Source: Cyanophora paradoxa CCMP329
Lineage: Eukaryota; Plantae; Glaucophyta
Assembly: GCA_004431415.1 (NCBI GenBank)
Contig: QPMI01000437.1
Span: 248,001-312,000 of the forward strand
Direction: 5' to 3'
DNA length: 64,000 bases
Below are positions 24,375 to 37,000 of the stretch, piece by piece (the stretch's first letter is position 1; every line of letters begins with the position of its first letter). Below the pieces are notes generated by a model. That model ran no database searches and had not been told where the DNA came from. It saw only the letters and a program-made list of their open reading frames with translations. The position numbers were made by a program, and so were the translations under genes.

Positions 24375-24440
24375 AATGTGAATGGAACGTGTTGATGTTG
24401 ATTTTAAGGATCGGATTTCTTAATGTACGTATATGCGGAC

Positions 24441-24517
24441 CTGCGAAGAGGGCGAAGGCGGCGAGGAAGGAAGGGGCGAGAACCGTCGCCACCTCCGCCG
24501 GGCGCCGTCGGGCAGAG
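24441..24517 (-). pseudogene. Orphan frameshifted exon resembling an ABCG/PDR transporter transmembrane segment
   Basis: Bounded by cag| and |gtccgc. Reads LCPT(fs)AEVATVLAPSFLAAFALFAG. No neighbouring ABC exons were found. Confidence 0.4.
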
Positions 24518-25265
24518 CTGCGTGGGCGCACGCGCCCCGGGCTCCGGTCAGGGGGGCGGGGTAGGGAAGGGGAGGCGGGGGGTGGGAGGAGTGGAGGCGG
24601 GAGTAGCTATATAGGACGGGTAGAGGGGGCGGGGGTAGGGGGAAGGAGGAGGCCCAGGGCTGCGGTTCAGGGCGGCCGGGGAGGGGGGGGGGGAACATCT
24701 AGAGGGGGGGGTTTATAAATTAGGAGCAGAGTGTGCACGTGTGAGGGTGCCTTCGTCATCAGGGGCTTTTCATTACGGGAGGCGGGGGTAGGGAAGGGAT
24801 ACATAGATGGGATCAATCGGGCGGGGAAGGAGTGGGAGGGGGGGAGGGGGGCGGGGGGAGCTTTGAGATATCAGGATGCTCAATTATATGGCCCATGGGG
24901 AGCTAGGAGGGGGGTGGAGGGGGGGCCCAGCGAGGCCCAGCGACGCTCGATCTAGCTCCTCATGCAGCTAGGGCTCACAGCCAGGCCCCCGCAGCTCTAC
25001 AGTCCGACAGCCGCCGCACGCGCCATCATGCAGCAGACGCCCAATCGCGAGCTCAGCCAGAATTCGAAGCTGCAGTGCGCCGGCTACCCGGACCTCCGCC
25101 CCGACAGACGGACTACGACAGGCGGATGACGAGCTTTAATTTCTGCGGCGCGAAGCTTCGCGCCGAGCTCCATATCCAAGAGCAGAAATTTCGAGGTGGT
25201 TCAACGGTTCGACCGAATTCGAAGCTCACTTCTACAGCTTTCCGCTAGCGGGCGCGGAGGCACGA

Positions 25266-28200
25266 CCTGCGCATACAGCACGAAGTCCAATCGAAGTCGA
25301 GGCGCGCGAGGAAGGAGCTCGGCGCCGCCGGCGTGCGCGAGCGCACCGATGCAGCGCGCGAACTGCGACGGGTCGACCTCGCCCTTCCGCAGGCCTAGGC
25401 CTAGGGCATCAAAGAGCCAGCGCTCGACCAACGCTCGATCCTGCGGCCTCGGCGCGGTTGGCGAGATCTAGAAACAAATTTTGGATATTTGCGACGTCAC
25501 CTCCGCTAACTGACGCCAGTCACTGAGTCCTCATGGAATCTCAGCTGCGAGCAGAAATTAAAAATTGCCATGGCCAGTCGGAAATATTCGAATGTAGGAG
25601 ATCGCGCGTTCAAAATGGGCGCAGCGCACATTGGCGACGAGCTCGAGCGTCTCGATCGGCCATCCACGCGCGGCCTGTGCACGCGTCGAAGTCCGCACTA
25701 GATCGAGGCGCCGGCGGAGGCAGCGGCGCCACCGCCGGCGCCGTGTGCACCGTACCTCTATAGCTAACTAGTAATCGCCGTGTGCACCGTCGTCAGTGCG
25801 CAGCAGCCCATGCATATGGCCAACGGCCTCGCGATCGAGCGTACACCCCCCCCTCGAGCTCCTCCCCCTTGTCGCCGCTGCTGCGCGCCGAGCCGCCGCG
25901 ACTCCGAGGCTCACGACCGACAGCAAGGGCGGGGCGGCCGCAGGTCTAGGCCTAGGCCCGGGCCTTCGATCTAGAAGGGGACGTCGAAGTCCGGCCCGCC
26001 GCCGTCCCTCTCGGCCTTCGCGGTGGCCTTCAGATTAACAATGCAACTCGCGATCGGCGATATTCTCGTGTGTGAGAGCTTTGCAAAGTTCACGATTTGT
26101 GACTGCCCCGCCCCATATGCATGACAGCAACTTGGCAAGGCCCGGGCCTATTCAATTAAATTTAGAAGGGTACGTCGAAGTCGGGCCCGCCGCCGCCGTC
26201 GCCGTCGTCGCGGAACATGGAGAGGGCCACCGCAAAGGCCGAGACGGCGAGCGAGATCAGGGAGCGGAAGAGCGCGAAGTCCATCCGCATCCCCACCTGA
26301 CGCGGTCCGGATCGATCAGTTCTTGCGGAAGGTCCTATAGAACAGAGATCGAGGCAACAATTTTTCTAGCAGTCAACTTTCTATGAGTCAGATCTAGATC
26401 TTAGATAAAGAGATCTTATATATAAAGACGTTCATTCTAGCGGTTCTCAGAAGGCACACGAACCACCTCGACGGGGCGGAGCCGGTCCTCCATGTCGAGC
26501 GTCGCGAGCGCCAGGTCCAGGCTCCGCTCGCAGGCGCACCCGGGCTCCCCCGCCCCGCACAGCGCGCACGGGCCGGGGCCTGGCCTTGCCGGGGCCGAGG
26601 CCCGCGGAGCCTTGAAGGAGTAGCTCGGGCCAAGGCCGAGGACCGCGGCCGGGGCGGCGGCGCCGCCGCCCGGCATGGAGGAGCGCTGCCGCAGGGAGGC
26701 GGACGACTCGTCGGGGGGCGAGGGCGAGGGCGAGGGCGGCGGGGCGGGCCGCGCGTGCAGGGGCGACTGGAGCCTCCCCTCCTCGATCCGCGTCTGAGGC
26801 GTCTGAGTCGTTGCGGGGGCGGGGGGGGGGGAGCGGGGGGAGCGGGGGGAGGGTGGGAGGGGCGGGGGGGAAGGGATGCGGGGGGGAGCAACCTGCCTTT
26901 ATCTGGAGCACGATGTACTGGTGCTCTGTACATGTGGAGAGATTGTTCGCCTGCGCCCAGAAGTCACTATAGCTAAGATCTCGTAGACATCGAAGAATAA
27001 ATTCATTTCAGCGTCTCGTCTAATCTAGAGCGGACAATAGCGGACAAGAACGTTGACGTTTAACGGACCTTGGCGCCGTAGAAGATGCAGACGAGGAGGG
27101 AGCCGCCGAAGAGGGCGAGGTCGTAGGCGATGTAGACGTAGACGAAGGGCGGCACGGGCGCCGATGCCGCCGCGCTCATCTGCGAGAGCAGCGTCTGGGG
27201 GAGGGCAAAAGGCGGGGAGGTCAGCAAGGAAGGAAGGAAGGGCACGGGAGCCCCTTCGGCACGTGGCTCTAGTTCTAGATTGGAGCTTTTAGACCCCAGG
27301 AAAGTCTTGAAGAAGTCCTTTCGAGACTCTAACCGTCCTAGCACAGCCCATCAAGATCAAATTCATGTCGTGGCCGACGCCGGCACCTTGTAGATGAGGA
27401 AGGCGATCTGGCCGGCGAGCACGACGGCGAAGCTCGAGATGAAGAACTGCCCGCGAAGATGAAATGAGAACATGGATCCGGAGCTAGAGGAATCTCTCTC
27501 TAAATATATACTATATGTGCGGACCTGGATGCGGAGGTGGAAGGAGCGGCCGACGTCGGAGAGCCACTGGCGGGCGCGGAGCCAGGCGATGGGCGCCCCC
27601 GCCGCCCGCAGGTCCAGCGAGAGAGGCGCGGGGCCGCTGGGGGTGCACGCCCCCGCCCCGGCCACCTGCGAGGGTGGGCGGGCCTCGGTCTTAGGAAATC
27701 CGCACAGAAAGTCTCGCGGACTCTCATGAAGCGGTTCATGATCATGAAGCCTTTCAAACTCCTAAGAAAGCTTATAAGCTTATCTGGATTTATGACTCCT
27801 AGGAATTCTAATCTCTCAAACAGAGCGCCCACCTGCGAGAAGGAGCAGGGGATGACCGCGCGCCCCGCGCAGAGGAGCCGCCCCGCCGCCTCGAGCCACC
27901 GGAAGCGCCGGTAGTAGTCCGTCGCCGCCGCGAACATAAAGGCAAGGATGAAGGCGCTGGGGGGGATGGGATGGGAGGGGGTACACGTCAGGGAAGGGGT
28001 GGGGTGGGGTGGGGTACGTGGTTATCTATTTATAGAAAGGGCGCACTGCATAATGAGGTACTGAATGACGAGGACGGACACAGTGAAGGCGGAGAGGGCG
28101 GGCCTGCTGAACGCCAACGCCCGCTGCAGCGGCCCGGCCCCCGTCCCCGTCGGACCCGGATCAAACTGGACTTGGAGGAATCGAAGAAAGAAAGCTCGCC

Positions 28201-28349
28201 TGGTCCGCAAAGAAGTAAGGGATGGCGCAGTGGAGGGCGGCCGCGAGGGCCTTTGGGACTTCCAGAAGCCGGAGGAGCACAATCCGGCGCGTCGCCCCGG
28301 GCTGAAGAGGCGCGGATCAAATTTAAATCGGGCGGGGCGGGGCGGGGCG
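25266..28349 (+). repeat. Segmental duplication, copy 1 (direct repeat of 53739-57003)
   Basis: Near-identical for ~3.1 kb. Matching ORFs, e.g. 25533/54012, 25796/54269, 27060/55512. More diverged toward the right end. Confidence 0.95.
26162..28330 (-). pseudogene. 5'-truncated duplicate of the PHTF/GRL-like membrane protein gene
   Basis: Contains only the 3' exons of the gene at 54629-58604. Homology stops in an intron at ~28349. Confidence 0.8.
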
Positions 28350-30300
28350 TGTCTCTTTGCCCTGTGTCGGCTCCTCGTTTCGAAGGCAAACATGTGCAAT
28401 CAGCGTGTCGAGCTTCACAAGGAGTCCACCTGCGACAGTTCGGTGTCTATCCAGCTCTTGCGACCGATATTCGAGCCAGCCGTGAAGACCGGGCTTCTGC
28501 TCCAACATTGCTTCTGTGATTCCGAGCTCCACACACTGTTTGCTGGGTCAAACAAGAAGTGCAGGGCGTGCTCGTGAGAGCATACCTGTTCAGAAATTGC
28601 AGCTGACTGTTGCTGCGGCTGTCGGTTGTCTGCGTTGTTCGGGGTCGCAGCTGTGGCATTGGGCGCTTCTGCCGCTGCTTGAAATGGTGTGCCATCTGCA
28701 TTAAAATAAAGACCGTGGAAAATCGGACCCGCCTAAGTTAAATTAAAATGTGTTCAGTACAAAGAAACAAAAGATTAGCTATAGGATGGGAAAATGTGCG
28801 TACATCGTCCTTCAGCCATTTATGCAGTTGACCCACTGCATGCCGTATACGTAGAGTGGCTTGATTAGATCGAAGCGAAGGGGTGTAGGGGTACGAAGTG
28901 ATATGTTGTGGCCTGAAGGGTGCACCCGTTGCTTGGGCAAGCTCCTCTGCGTCAAAAAACTTGCAAGGTTGACGTCATGCACGCGTAAGAGCTCAGATAA
29001 CAGCCAGTACCAAGAGGAACACACCTGGTCACAGTAGTCAAGGAGTTCCAAAAAAACCTCTCGATCGCTGGCAAGAGTTATCGTGGAAGCAAAGAAGAGC
29101 TGCAGAGCCTCTGGCGACAGGTTGGCCATTCCCGCTGAGAATGCTACAACACGCTGTGCTGGTCTTGACAATGCTGGGGTTGTCACCGGATCCGGAGTTT
29201 GAGCCTCTGGAGACGGACCACCAGGTTGCACACCCTCATTGCCATCATCTGTCACGAGATTAGCCACCAGACTGCGGCACGATCTTGGAAAAATGTGTGT
29301 ACCCTCATCAGACATCGACGCAAGAGTCTCATCATCGGCAATGTCGTCAAATGGATAAGAGTCTGCAGAAAAACAAATAGGCACCATTGTCGGAAGCTGC
29401 GACTGGGGGGTACACGTGCGGCACTGGCGTACCCGGATCGCCTCCACCATTCCCCCTCCCGGCCGACCTCTCTGCACCACCAGAGAGCCCTGCCGCTGTC
29501 GCTTCTGGCGGCGCGTCTGCACCTGCAGCGCCGTCGGAAGCTGCGAGTGGGGGGTACACGTGCGGCGCCGGCGTACCCGGATCGCTGCCGCTCCCCCTCC
29601 CGGCCGACCTCTCCGCCCCACCGGGACGCCCTGCCACCGTCGCTTCTGGCGGCGTGCCTGCACCTGGAGCCCCGTCGGAAGCTGCGAGTGGGGGGTACAC
29701 GTGCGGCGCCTCGTCTTCTCCGTTCCCCCTCCCGGCCGACCTCTCCGCCCCACCAGAAAGCCCTGCCGCTGTCGCTTCTGGCGGCGCGTCTGCACCTGGA
29801 GCCCCGTCGGAAGCTGCGAGTGGGGGGTACACGTGCGGCACCGACGTACCCGGGGGAGACGGGTACGAGAAAATTTCCCACCGCGTCGGCGCGCGGCTGG
29901 CTGCGGCCCGCGGCCGTCCATGGCGCCGCCGCTGTCGCTCAGCGTGACCAGCGTGAGGTAGGCGGCTGGCGCGCCGAGCGGCGGCGCGAAATGGGCGTCG
30001 AGTTGGCGCCTCGGCAGCCGGCCTTGTCGCCGGCCATTCCGCAGGAGATTCAGGAGCACGCGCGTCAGGGGTTAGCTTCTATGATGTCTCCGGCTCGGCG
30101 AGGAGTGCCGCGGGAGCGGTCGCGGCGACGTCGGCTGGCCGCAATGTCGGCCAGCTTTCGCGCAAAGCCCACGCCGCCATGCGCCGCAGCGTTAGTGAAC
30201 GCGCGGTAGCCGTGGCGTGGCACACTGGCGCGGCGACGTGTTCCGTCAACACGCGGACGGCGCCCGGCCCCCGCTCCCTTGCTTGGCAGCTGGGGCTCAT
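28350..30300 (-). CDS. Unknown low-GC multi-exon gene or gene fragment with an internal repeat; 3' end abuts the duplication breakpoint
   Basis: Protein-like stretches such as DSYPFDDIADDETL, REVFLELLDYCDQVCSSWYWLLSELLRVH and ELGITEAMLEQKPGLHGWLEY. No recognisable domain. Confidence 0.35.
29388..29852. repeat. Tandem repeat, ~130-145 bp unit, ~3.3 copies
   Basis: gtcggaagctgcgagtggggggtacacgtgcggc recurs at ~29389, ~29533, ~29674 and ~29806. On the minus strand it encodes PHVYPPLAASDGAPGADAPPEAT repeats. Confidence 0.88.
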
Positions 30301-30868
30301 CGGCGCTCTCTCATTTCGTTCCGCTCCTCATCTCCTCGCAGTCGAGTCGCTAGATGGCGGTTCTTTTCCACATGCAGGGAAGCTCAGGTCTTTCCGTCGA
30401 CCTTTGCTTGTCAGGTGTAGTGCCTTTCTTGCCCTCCGCTAGCAAGGTTTCTCGTTTTCCGATAGCCTCTCTCTTAGGGTGGGCTCATGGCCAGCTGTTT
30501 TGCTACTTTCTACTTCGTAGTGAGGCAGACTGGTAAACTTCGGTTTAGGTAGACTCGACTTGTCTACTTTCGGAAGGGCCCGATAGATTGATGTGGTAGT
30601 GCCATCAATATATCGTCATTTTCGCAAAAAAAAACCTTTCTTGCCCTCCGCTATACGTGGGTCTTCCCTAGGGCGGACTTCCACGTCTGGAGGGTGTTTG
30701 CGCGCTCTGTTTGCCTTCATCGGTCTGCGTAGGGCGCTGGGCTTTTTCTGCAGGTGTATCTTTCGGCCTCTCGCCCCATTTGTAGATATAGGACGTACTA
30801 CGGTAGATAGAATTTCTCATCACTTAGACAGAGCACAGCACTCGACGGTCCTCAGTGTTATCTAGTCG

Positions 30869-30928
30869 GAGAGATAAATTGGGCGATGTGAAACTCCTAG
30901 TAGTTGTTGTTGTGTGCTAATGCAAATC
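30869..30928. repeat. 60-bp dispersed module, copy 1 (identical direct copy at 39292-39351)
   Basis: gagagataaattgggcgatgtgaaactcctagtagttgttgttgtgtgctaatgcaaatc occurs twice with unrelated flanks. Confidence 0.92.
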
Positions 30929-31683
30929 CTCCACCCCACCTCGGGCCCCCGTCGCCCAGACGCCGCCGTACCCCGCGAGCGAGATGCGCAGCGCCCTCTC
31001 CCCTCGCGATCTTGCCCGTGAAGGCCTCTCGCCGCCTGCGATGCGCATGCGGGGCGCGAAGGCCCGCACCGTCCAGGCCCCCGCAGGGCATGCACCTGGC
31101 AGGGCACGTTGGCCCATAATTATAAGCATGGCAGCAATTGTTTCCGAAATCTCGTTCCAACAAACTTTGCCCTATGAAAGAGAGATACTATGATATATGA
31201 GGCTTGTTTAAGCCTTTTTATGCAATATAAATGCGATTCTTACTTGTTAATTAAGTCACCCACCGCGGTCAGTTTTCATGATGACAGAGCTCATGCATAT
31301 GTTGGGTACTTATTGGGTATGTGAGCTCATCAGACGATTCGGCGGCATCTTGCGGGATCGGCTAATTCAATGATTTGCGAGTCCCGATCTTTGCATATAT
31401 CCAGAAAACCCTTTGTATTGTCGTTCTCATGATACCCTCAGATCAAATATACCTGCATGGATTGCATGCACATGCGTTACGGATGCATTCTACATGCGTT
31501 GCACATACGTCGAACGTGCATTGAACGTGCATTGAATAATACCTCTACATATTTCTACTCTTGCCAGGGCCATCGGCTGGCGGGGAGCGCGGCCCGAAGC
31601 TCGAACCAGGGGTACGGGGTTCAAGGGGAGGCGGGGGCAGGGGGGGTGGGCCCCTGCGCGCGCAGCAGTCAGATCCAGGCCGC

Positions 31684-31990
31684 ATTCGATGCCAGGATGA
31701 GAGCGACGGCGACGGCGCGCGGGGTCCGCCACTAGCGCGCCCGAGGGGCCGAGCCTAGGGGGGGACCCCGGCCGGGAGCGCCCAAGGGGGGTACCTGGTT
31801 GCGGGGCGGCCGGGGGGCAGGGGGGGAGGCTCACTGCGGCCGGGAATTCGATGCCAGGATAAGAGCGACGGCGACGGCGCGAGGGGCCCGCCGCTAGCGC
31901 GCCCGAGGGGCCGAGCCGAGGGGGGAACCCGGCCGGGAGCGCCCAAGGGGGGTACCTGGTTGTGGGTACCTGGTTGCGGGGCGGGGGGCA
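31684..31990. repeat. Two-copy ~162-bp GC-rich tandem repeat
   Basis: attcgatgccaggat..agagcgacggcgacggcgcg..ctagcgcgcccgaggggccgagcc at ~31684 and ~31846. Confidence 0.8.
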
Positions 31991-32225
31991 GGCCTAGGGA
32001 GAGGGGGGGCGGGCCCGCTGCGGAGGGGTTTTTAAGAGAAGGAAGCAAGGAAAGTATTTAATTAGTACCGGCATGCATCTTAGTTCTTTGGTTGATCGCG
32101 TTGCGCCGTGAAATGGCTTGCTTGTCTGTTCAGCTGCTGTGTGGCCAATTGGCCGCACGCCACAAAGAGCGATTGGATTAGTGCTGCGAGCAAGTTAGGC
32201 GGTTTATATAGCTTCAAAAGAATCG

Positions 32226-32290
32226 CACGTAGAACATTGATACATGTGCCGTGGTGTATCAATGCGACGTCCACTTTTGCAAAAACAAAA
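32226..32290 (+). mobile_element. 65-bp extremely 5'-truncated retroposed insertion (family B 3' end) with a 17-bp target-site duplication
   Basis: Flanked by tagcttcaaaaGaatcg (32209-32225) and tagcttcaaaaTaatcg (32291-32307). Ends in caaaaacaaaa. The same sequence is at 33414-33477. Confidence 0.85.
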
Positions 32291-32439
32291 TAGCTTCAAA
32301 ATAATCGAGAGAGGCTTCGCGTGTAGCTAATATAGATTCCTCATGCTGTATACAAGCTCTAGCTACCTCGGCTTGTATTCTAGCTACCTCGGCTGCGTAT
32401 TCTATAGCTAGCTACCTCGGCTGCGTATATATATTCTTC

Positions 32440-33477
32440 CTCTGCCGCCGTCACGCCTCCAGTTGCCGTTGTAGCATGCCAGACCTGCGGGACGCGCCGG
32501 GGGTGAGGGGCGGCGCGCCCGCCGCTTCGCCCCCCGCCCGGCGAACGACGTACCTCCCTGCAGCGGTGCTCGGCGCTTGGCGCCATGCGGGCCGGAGCTC
32601 GAGCCCGCGGCGGCGACGGGACGCCTGCTGAGCCCGTCGCGCGTCAGCCCGGCCTCCGATCCGGCGCCCCCGACCCGGTCTGGAGTCTGGACCGGGCCGG
32701 CCGGCTGGAGGGGCGGGGGGGAGGGGTACGCGCCTCGGAGCTGGCGACGCGAGGTCCCCGCAGGGAGAGCTAGCAGCCGCGGCCGCCGTCACGCCTCCAC
32801 TGGGCCAGTTGCCGTCGTAGCATGCCAGACCTGCGGGACCGTCGGACGCGCCGGGGCTCGGGGGCCCGGGGTGAGGGCGAAGCGTAATTCGATTCCCTGG
32901 TACCGAAGTACCATATATATACACGTACCATATACCGTCTGACAGCGTCTGTGGCCCAGTGGGTTAGACTGTGGGGCCCCGCCGCCCCGGCCGACTCCGG
33001 ATCCCGCGCGCGTTGTAAAGCCGCGTGTAATATTAATGTTGCGCCGCGGATACACTGTCGTCATACACTGTGATACACACTGTGACAGTTGTGCGACCCT
33101 TACGTATACGGTAGGACTCGTAGGAGGCGCCACCGCCGCGCCAGCGCTAGCCGCCTCGAGCTCCAGCCTGGCAGGCTCCGCCACTGGACCGCCAGGGCCG
33201 CCGGCGCCAGGCGGCGTCATCTCGAACTTGGAACAGGGCTCATGAGGGATGGAGGAGTTGATCAAGGGGTGGGCGCGCGGGTCTGGTTACGGCTATCACC
33301 GAAAACCATGGCTCCCCCACTCAGGCGAACCTCCCATATTGAGCGACCCATGGCCGGCACCTAGCTAGCATCTTCAGCTAGACAGATGACCGGTCGGAAG
33401 GGCACGTCGACGTCACGTAGAACATTGATACATGTGCCGTGGTGTATCAATGCGACGTCCACTTTTGCAAAACAAAA
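32440..33477 (+). mobile_element. Longer degenerate copy of retroelement family B
   Basis: The 3' 64 bp match 32226-32290, including the stem-loop and A-tail. There is an internal duplication (32444-32510 vs 32783-32880) and weak similarity to families A and C. No TSD was found and the 5' limit is approximate. Confidence 0.55.
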
Positions 33478-33491
33478 GTCAGCTCGAACTT

Positions 33492-33570
33492 GGAAGTACC
33501 TGTAAAAAAACAGGAAGTACCTGTAAAAAAACCAGGAAGTACCTGAAAAAATACAGGAAGTACCTGTACA
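33492..33570. repeat. ~21-bp tandem repeat ggaagtacctg+A-run, 4 copies; one inverted copy at ~46922-46940
   Basis: Directly visible. Resembles DNA-transposon subterminal repeats. Confidence 0.75.
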
Positions 33571-34061
33571 AGAAACAGAGACTCGCGAGTCGCGACGCCG
33601 GCGCCGGACGCGCTCTCAGAGTCTGTTTGCCAAGTTGCGCATGCCAGCGCTAGCTATAGCGCTAGCGGCTAGCCTAGTAGCCTGCGGCCCGGCCGCCGGG
33701 CCTTGGGGGCTCAATGGGGAGTCATAAGTTACTTACTACTAGGCTACTAATTATAAGTTAGCGGCGACTTGGCGCCGCAAATTGCCTGCAATGCACTGCG
33801 GCACTGCGGCACAGCGCATGCGGGCCTGCGGCAGCCTGCAGCAGCAGCTCACTGACTCAGTGAGTCAGTGAGTCATGATCAGCGAGTCTCATCAGTCTCT
33901 CAGATCTAGATCTAGAGTCTGCGCGACAACATTAACAACACTGTGAGAGCGCTCATGATCAGCGGCTAGCTATCCGCTGCGCACCGGTACCGTGAGTCCG
34001 TGTGTATACGTACAGCCTGGCAGCGCTATAGCTAGTTACGGTACAGCAGCAGCCTGGCAGC

Positions 34062-37000
34062 ATGCATACGGCGCACTTCCTAAGGGGGCTCTGCGTCGCC
34101 CTCGCCCTCGCTGTAGCCTTCGCGGTCACGAACAACGGAGGCGTCGGACCTGGCGTCTACACTGCAAACTCGACCGCAACGGCGTTCAACGTGAACGTCG
34201 CATTCAATCGGCCCGAAGTGGTGATCTGGTTCGTCCGAGGACTGCAGCTGTTCGCCGCCGGGCCGCTGTGCATGCGCATGCGTGATCATATGCATGCATG
34301 TGAGTGCTGACCGTCGGATCCCCTGAACGCGCGATCGCTTGTCGCCCGCAGGACCATTAAAGCGGCTACTGCGGGGGACCGCGTCCAGCTGGAGTTCTCC
34401 TCGTTCACCTCTGGGCGAGCATCCCTGCGGGTTTGTACCGATCATCGGATCGCGACATATTCGTGATATGCATATCCTAGTAGCTCTGTAATTATAATTT
34501 ACAAAAGCGATATCGCTTGGCCTCCTCCCACTGAGCTCCTCCTTGCAATTGCCAGGGCCTGGCTTGACGTCGACAATTCTGCGCAGATTATTGACCTCGG
34601 CGTATCGCCACCTACCCTCCTGGCTCAAGTCATCAGCGATTCGGTGAAGTACACGAGCGCGTCCGACACATTGCTCGTACTTGGATCTCGTGCAGCCACA
34701 GGATTTGAATTTAGCGCAACGTACAAGAGCGTTCCTTCCAGTGGTGCGCTCATCCAGTGGCAAAAGTACTAGCTAGAAGTATACGTCAACGTTGACGCTC
34801 TGGTTCTTCTGCAGAGCCAGCCAGCAGTAAAATTAATCCGATTGATCCGAATGCTGAGACCGACACTGATAGGCTCCTTGTTTTCGACTCTTCGGTGGTC
34901 ATTGCCTCCACGGACTCCCCTTGTGTGAAGACGGAGCTCACCCTGCCCGGACCCTACGACTACTCGCTCCTCCGCCTCTGGTCCGGTTATATAATACACA
35001 CATATATCCGATGATCGCGTGCATGCGCACCGTGGCACGGTCCAATGCATGCAATGTGAGCGCAGGTATGTAAAAGCGGCGCCGGCGGTTCCGCCTGGCT
35101 ACGTAGGTAAAAAGCAAATCTCCCTCACGGTGTCTTCGCGCCTTATAGATGCGACTTGGGATTTTCTTTATGTAAGTTGTCGTGGTAAAATTTGAAATCA
35201 CACCCTAGAAATTATATAATTAGGTAGATCAAAAACATTGAGGTTTTGCGTGCACACGCAGATCTATGCCTTGAACGTAACCACTCCTGGAGACAATGCC
35301 GTATCCAAGCTTGACGCCTTGAATGGCGCAAGTACCAGCGCCGTCAATTACGCGATTGATACCAGCAATGAGATGCTCGTCATATTCTTGTCGAGGAGGT
35401 CCACTGTTTCTTCCGGAGGCGGCGGCATGAACGCGACGGCTACATTTGACAATGGTGTGCACATAATCATGATTGCGATCGCTGCTCTTTCGAAATTCTT
35501 GTCTGATCATAACCTTTGCAGGTTGCACCGTAACCCCATCACCCTCGCCCTCCCCATCGATGTCACCCTCGCCCTCCCCATCCCCCTCGCCCTCCCCATC
35601 CCCCTCGCCCTCCCCATCCCCCTCGCCCTCCCCATCCCCCTCGCCCTCCCCATCCCCTTCACCCTCCCCATCCCCGTCCCCATCCCCCTCGACATCTTCA
35701 ACGTAAGCACCGCATTTATATATGACAATCCGATGATCCCGTCCCCTCTAGATCTCGATTTCCCCATGAAACCTTGACATCATTGCAGCCTGTCCGGATC
35801 CCCCCCCCCTTCCCTTCCCCCTCCACCAGGTCCGCCACCGCTCAAGCTAGCTAGCTCAGTCAATGTCAAGCTTGCGACTCCAGCCCCAGCCCGCGGTACT
35901 GGTTTCACCTGACCCGTTGCCCCCGACCCTTTCCCCTCTCGCATGCATATGCGCAGCGGCAACCCATCTCCTCTCCCTCTCCCACCGCTGGTTTGTGCTG
36001 CCGGCGTCATTGAAATTAGTATTCTCAATATTCAATGCGACCGGCGCGGCGGCGGATGCTGACCTGCCGCCCACTCAGGACGTCCTCAGAGAGTCGACCA
36101 CGGCTGTTGCCTTGGTCGTGAGCAACATGCCGGTGCGGCCCGGGGCGCCTCGCGATCGAGATTACGATCCATATTTTCGATAGTACAAATGATGACCCGG
36201 GGCGTCAATATTAATCGCGACGGTGCCCGCTTTCCGCAGTTCAACGTCTCGTCTTTCACGAAGACCATAGTGCGTAATATAACGCGTGCCACACTCAAAT
36301 TTCTCATTTTCGGGCTTGAATTCGTTGACGTCGCCTCTGTATACGTGCACGTAGGAGGATGGCATGGAAGTTTACGTGCTCACCTTCGCGACCGGGAGCC
36401 CCGCTTTGTCCGCCAAAGAGGTGAGATTTAGGCGCAAGTTGCTCTGCTCTATCTAATTATAGGTCTCTCGAGCTCTTCTTCTCCGGGTAATGATCGGTTT
36501 GGGGATATGCAGGACCGGGCATTGGTATCACTTATCATCAGGGGCACCGGTATCTCCGTGCGTGCACGTGGAATTAAGCTCAAGATCTAGATCGAGATGT
36601 AGATGCACTCTTAATCTCTCTGAGCGGCACTCGTGTGCGCGCCGTTGCACGCGCAGGCCAGCCAGCAGGTTCGGGTGTACATTACGGACGATTCGGGGAG
36701 CCGGTCGCCCGCCTCCAACGTCTCTGTCGTCGCATCGGGCTTGGACGTTATCCTCAAATTCAGTACGTGCACGGCCGCGACAAATTAAGTATACGACCTG
36801 TATTATTCCAAGTCCTCACAGGGCGCTGCAGCGGTGCCCCCCATGAAATCCCGCAGGCAACTCCTTTTCACCGCCAATACTCCGGTCTGCACTCGATTCA
36901 CGATCACACCTAAATTAGAACCTCGAATATTGACGCATCGCGAAGTACAACATCCGCATCGAGCCCGACGGCAACGCCCCGTTCATCTTAAAAAACGTGC

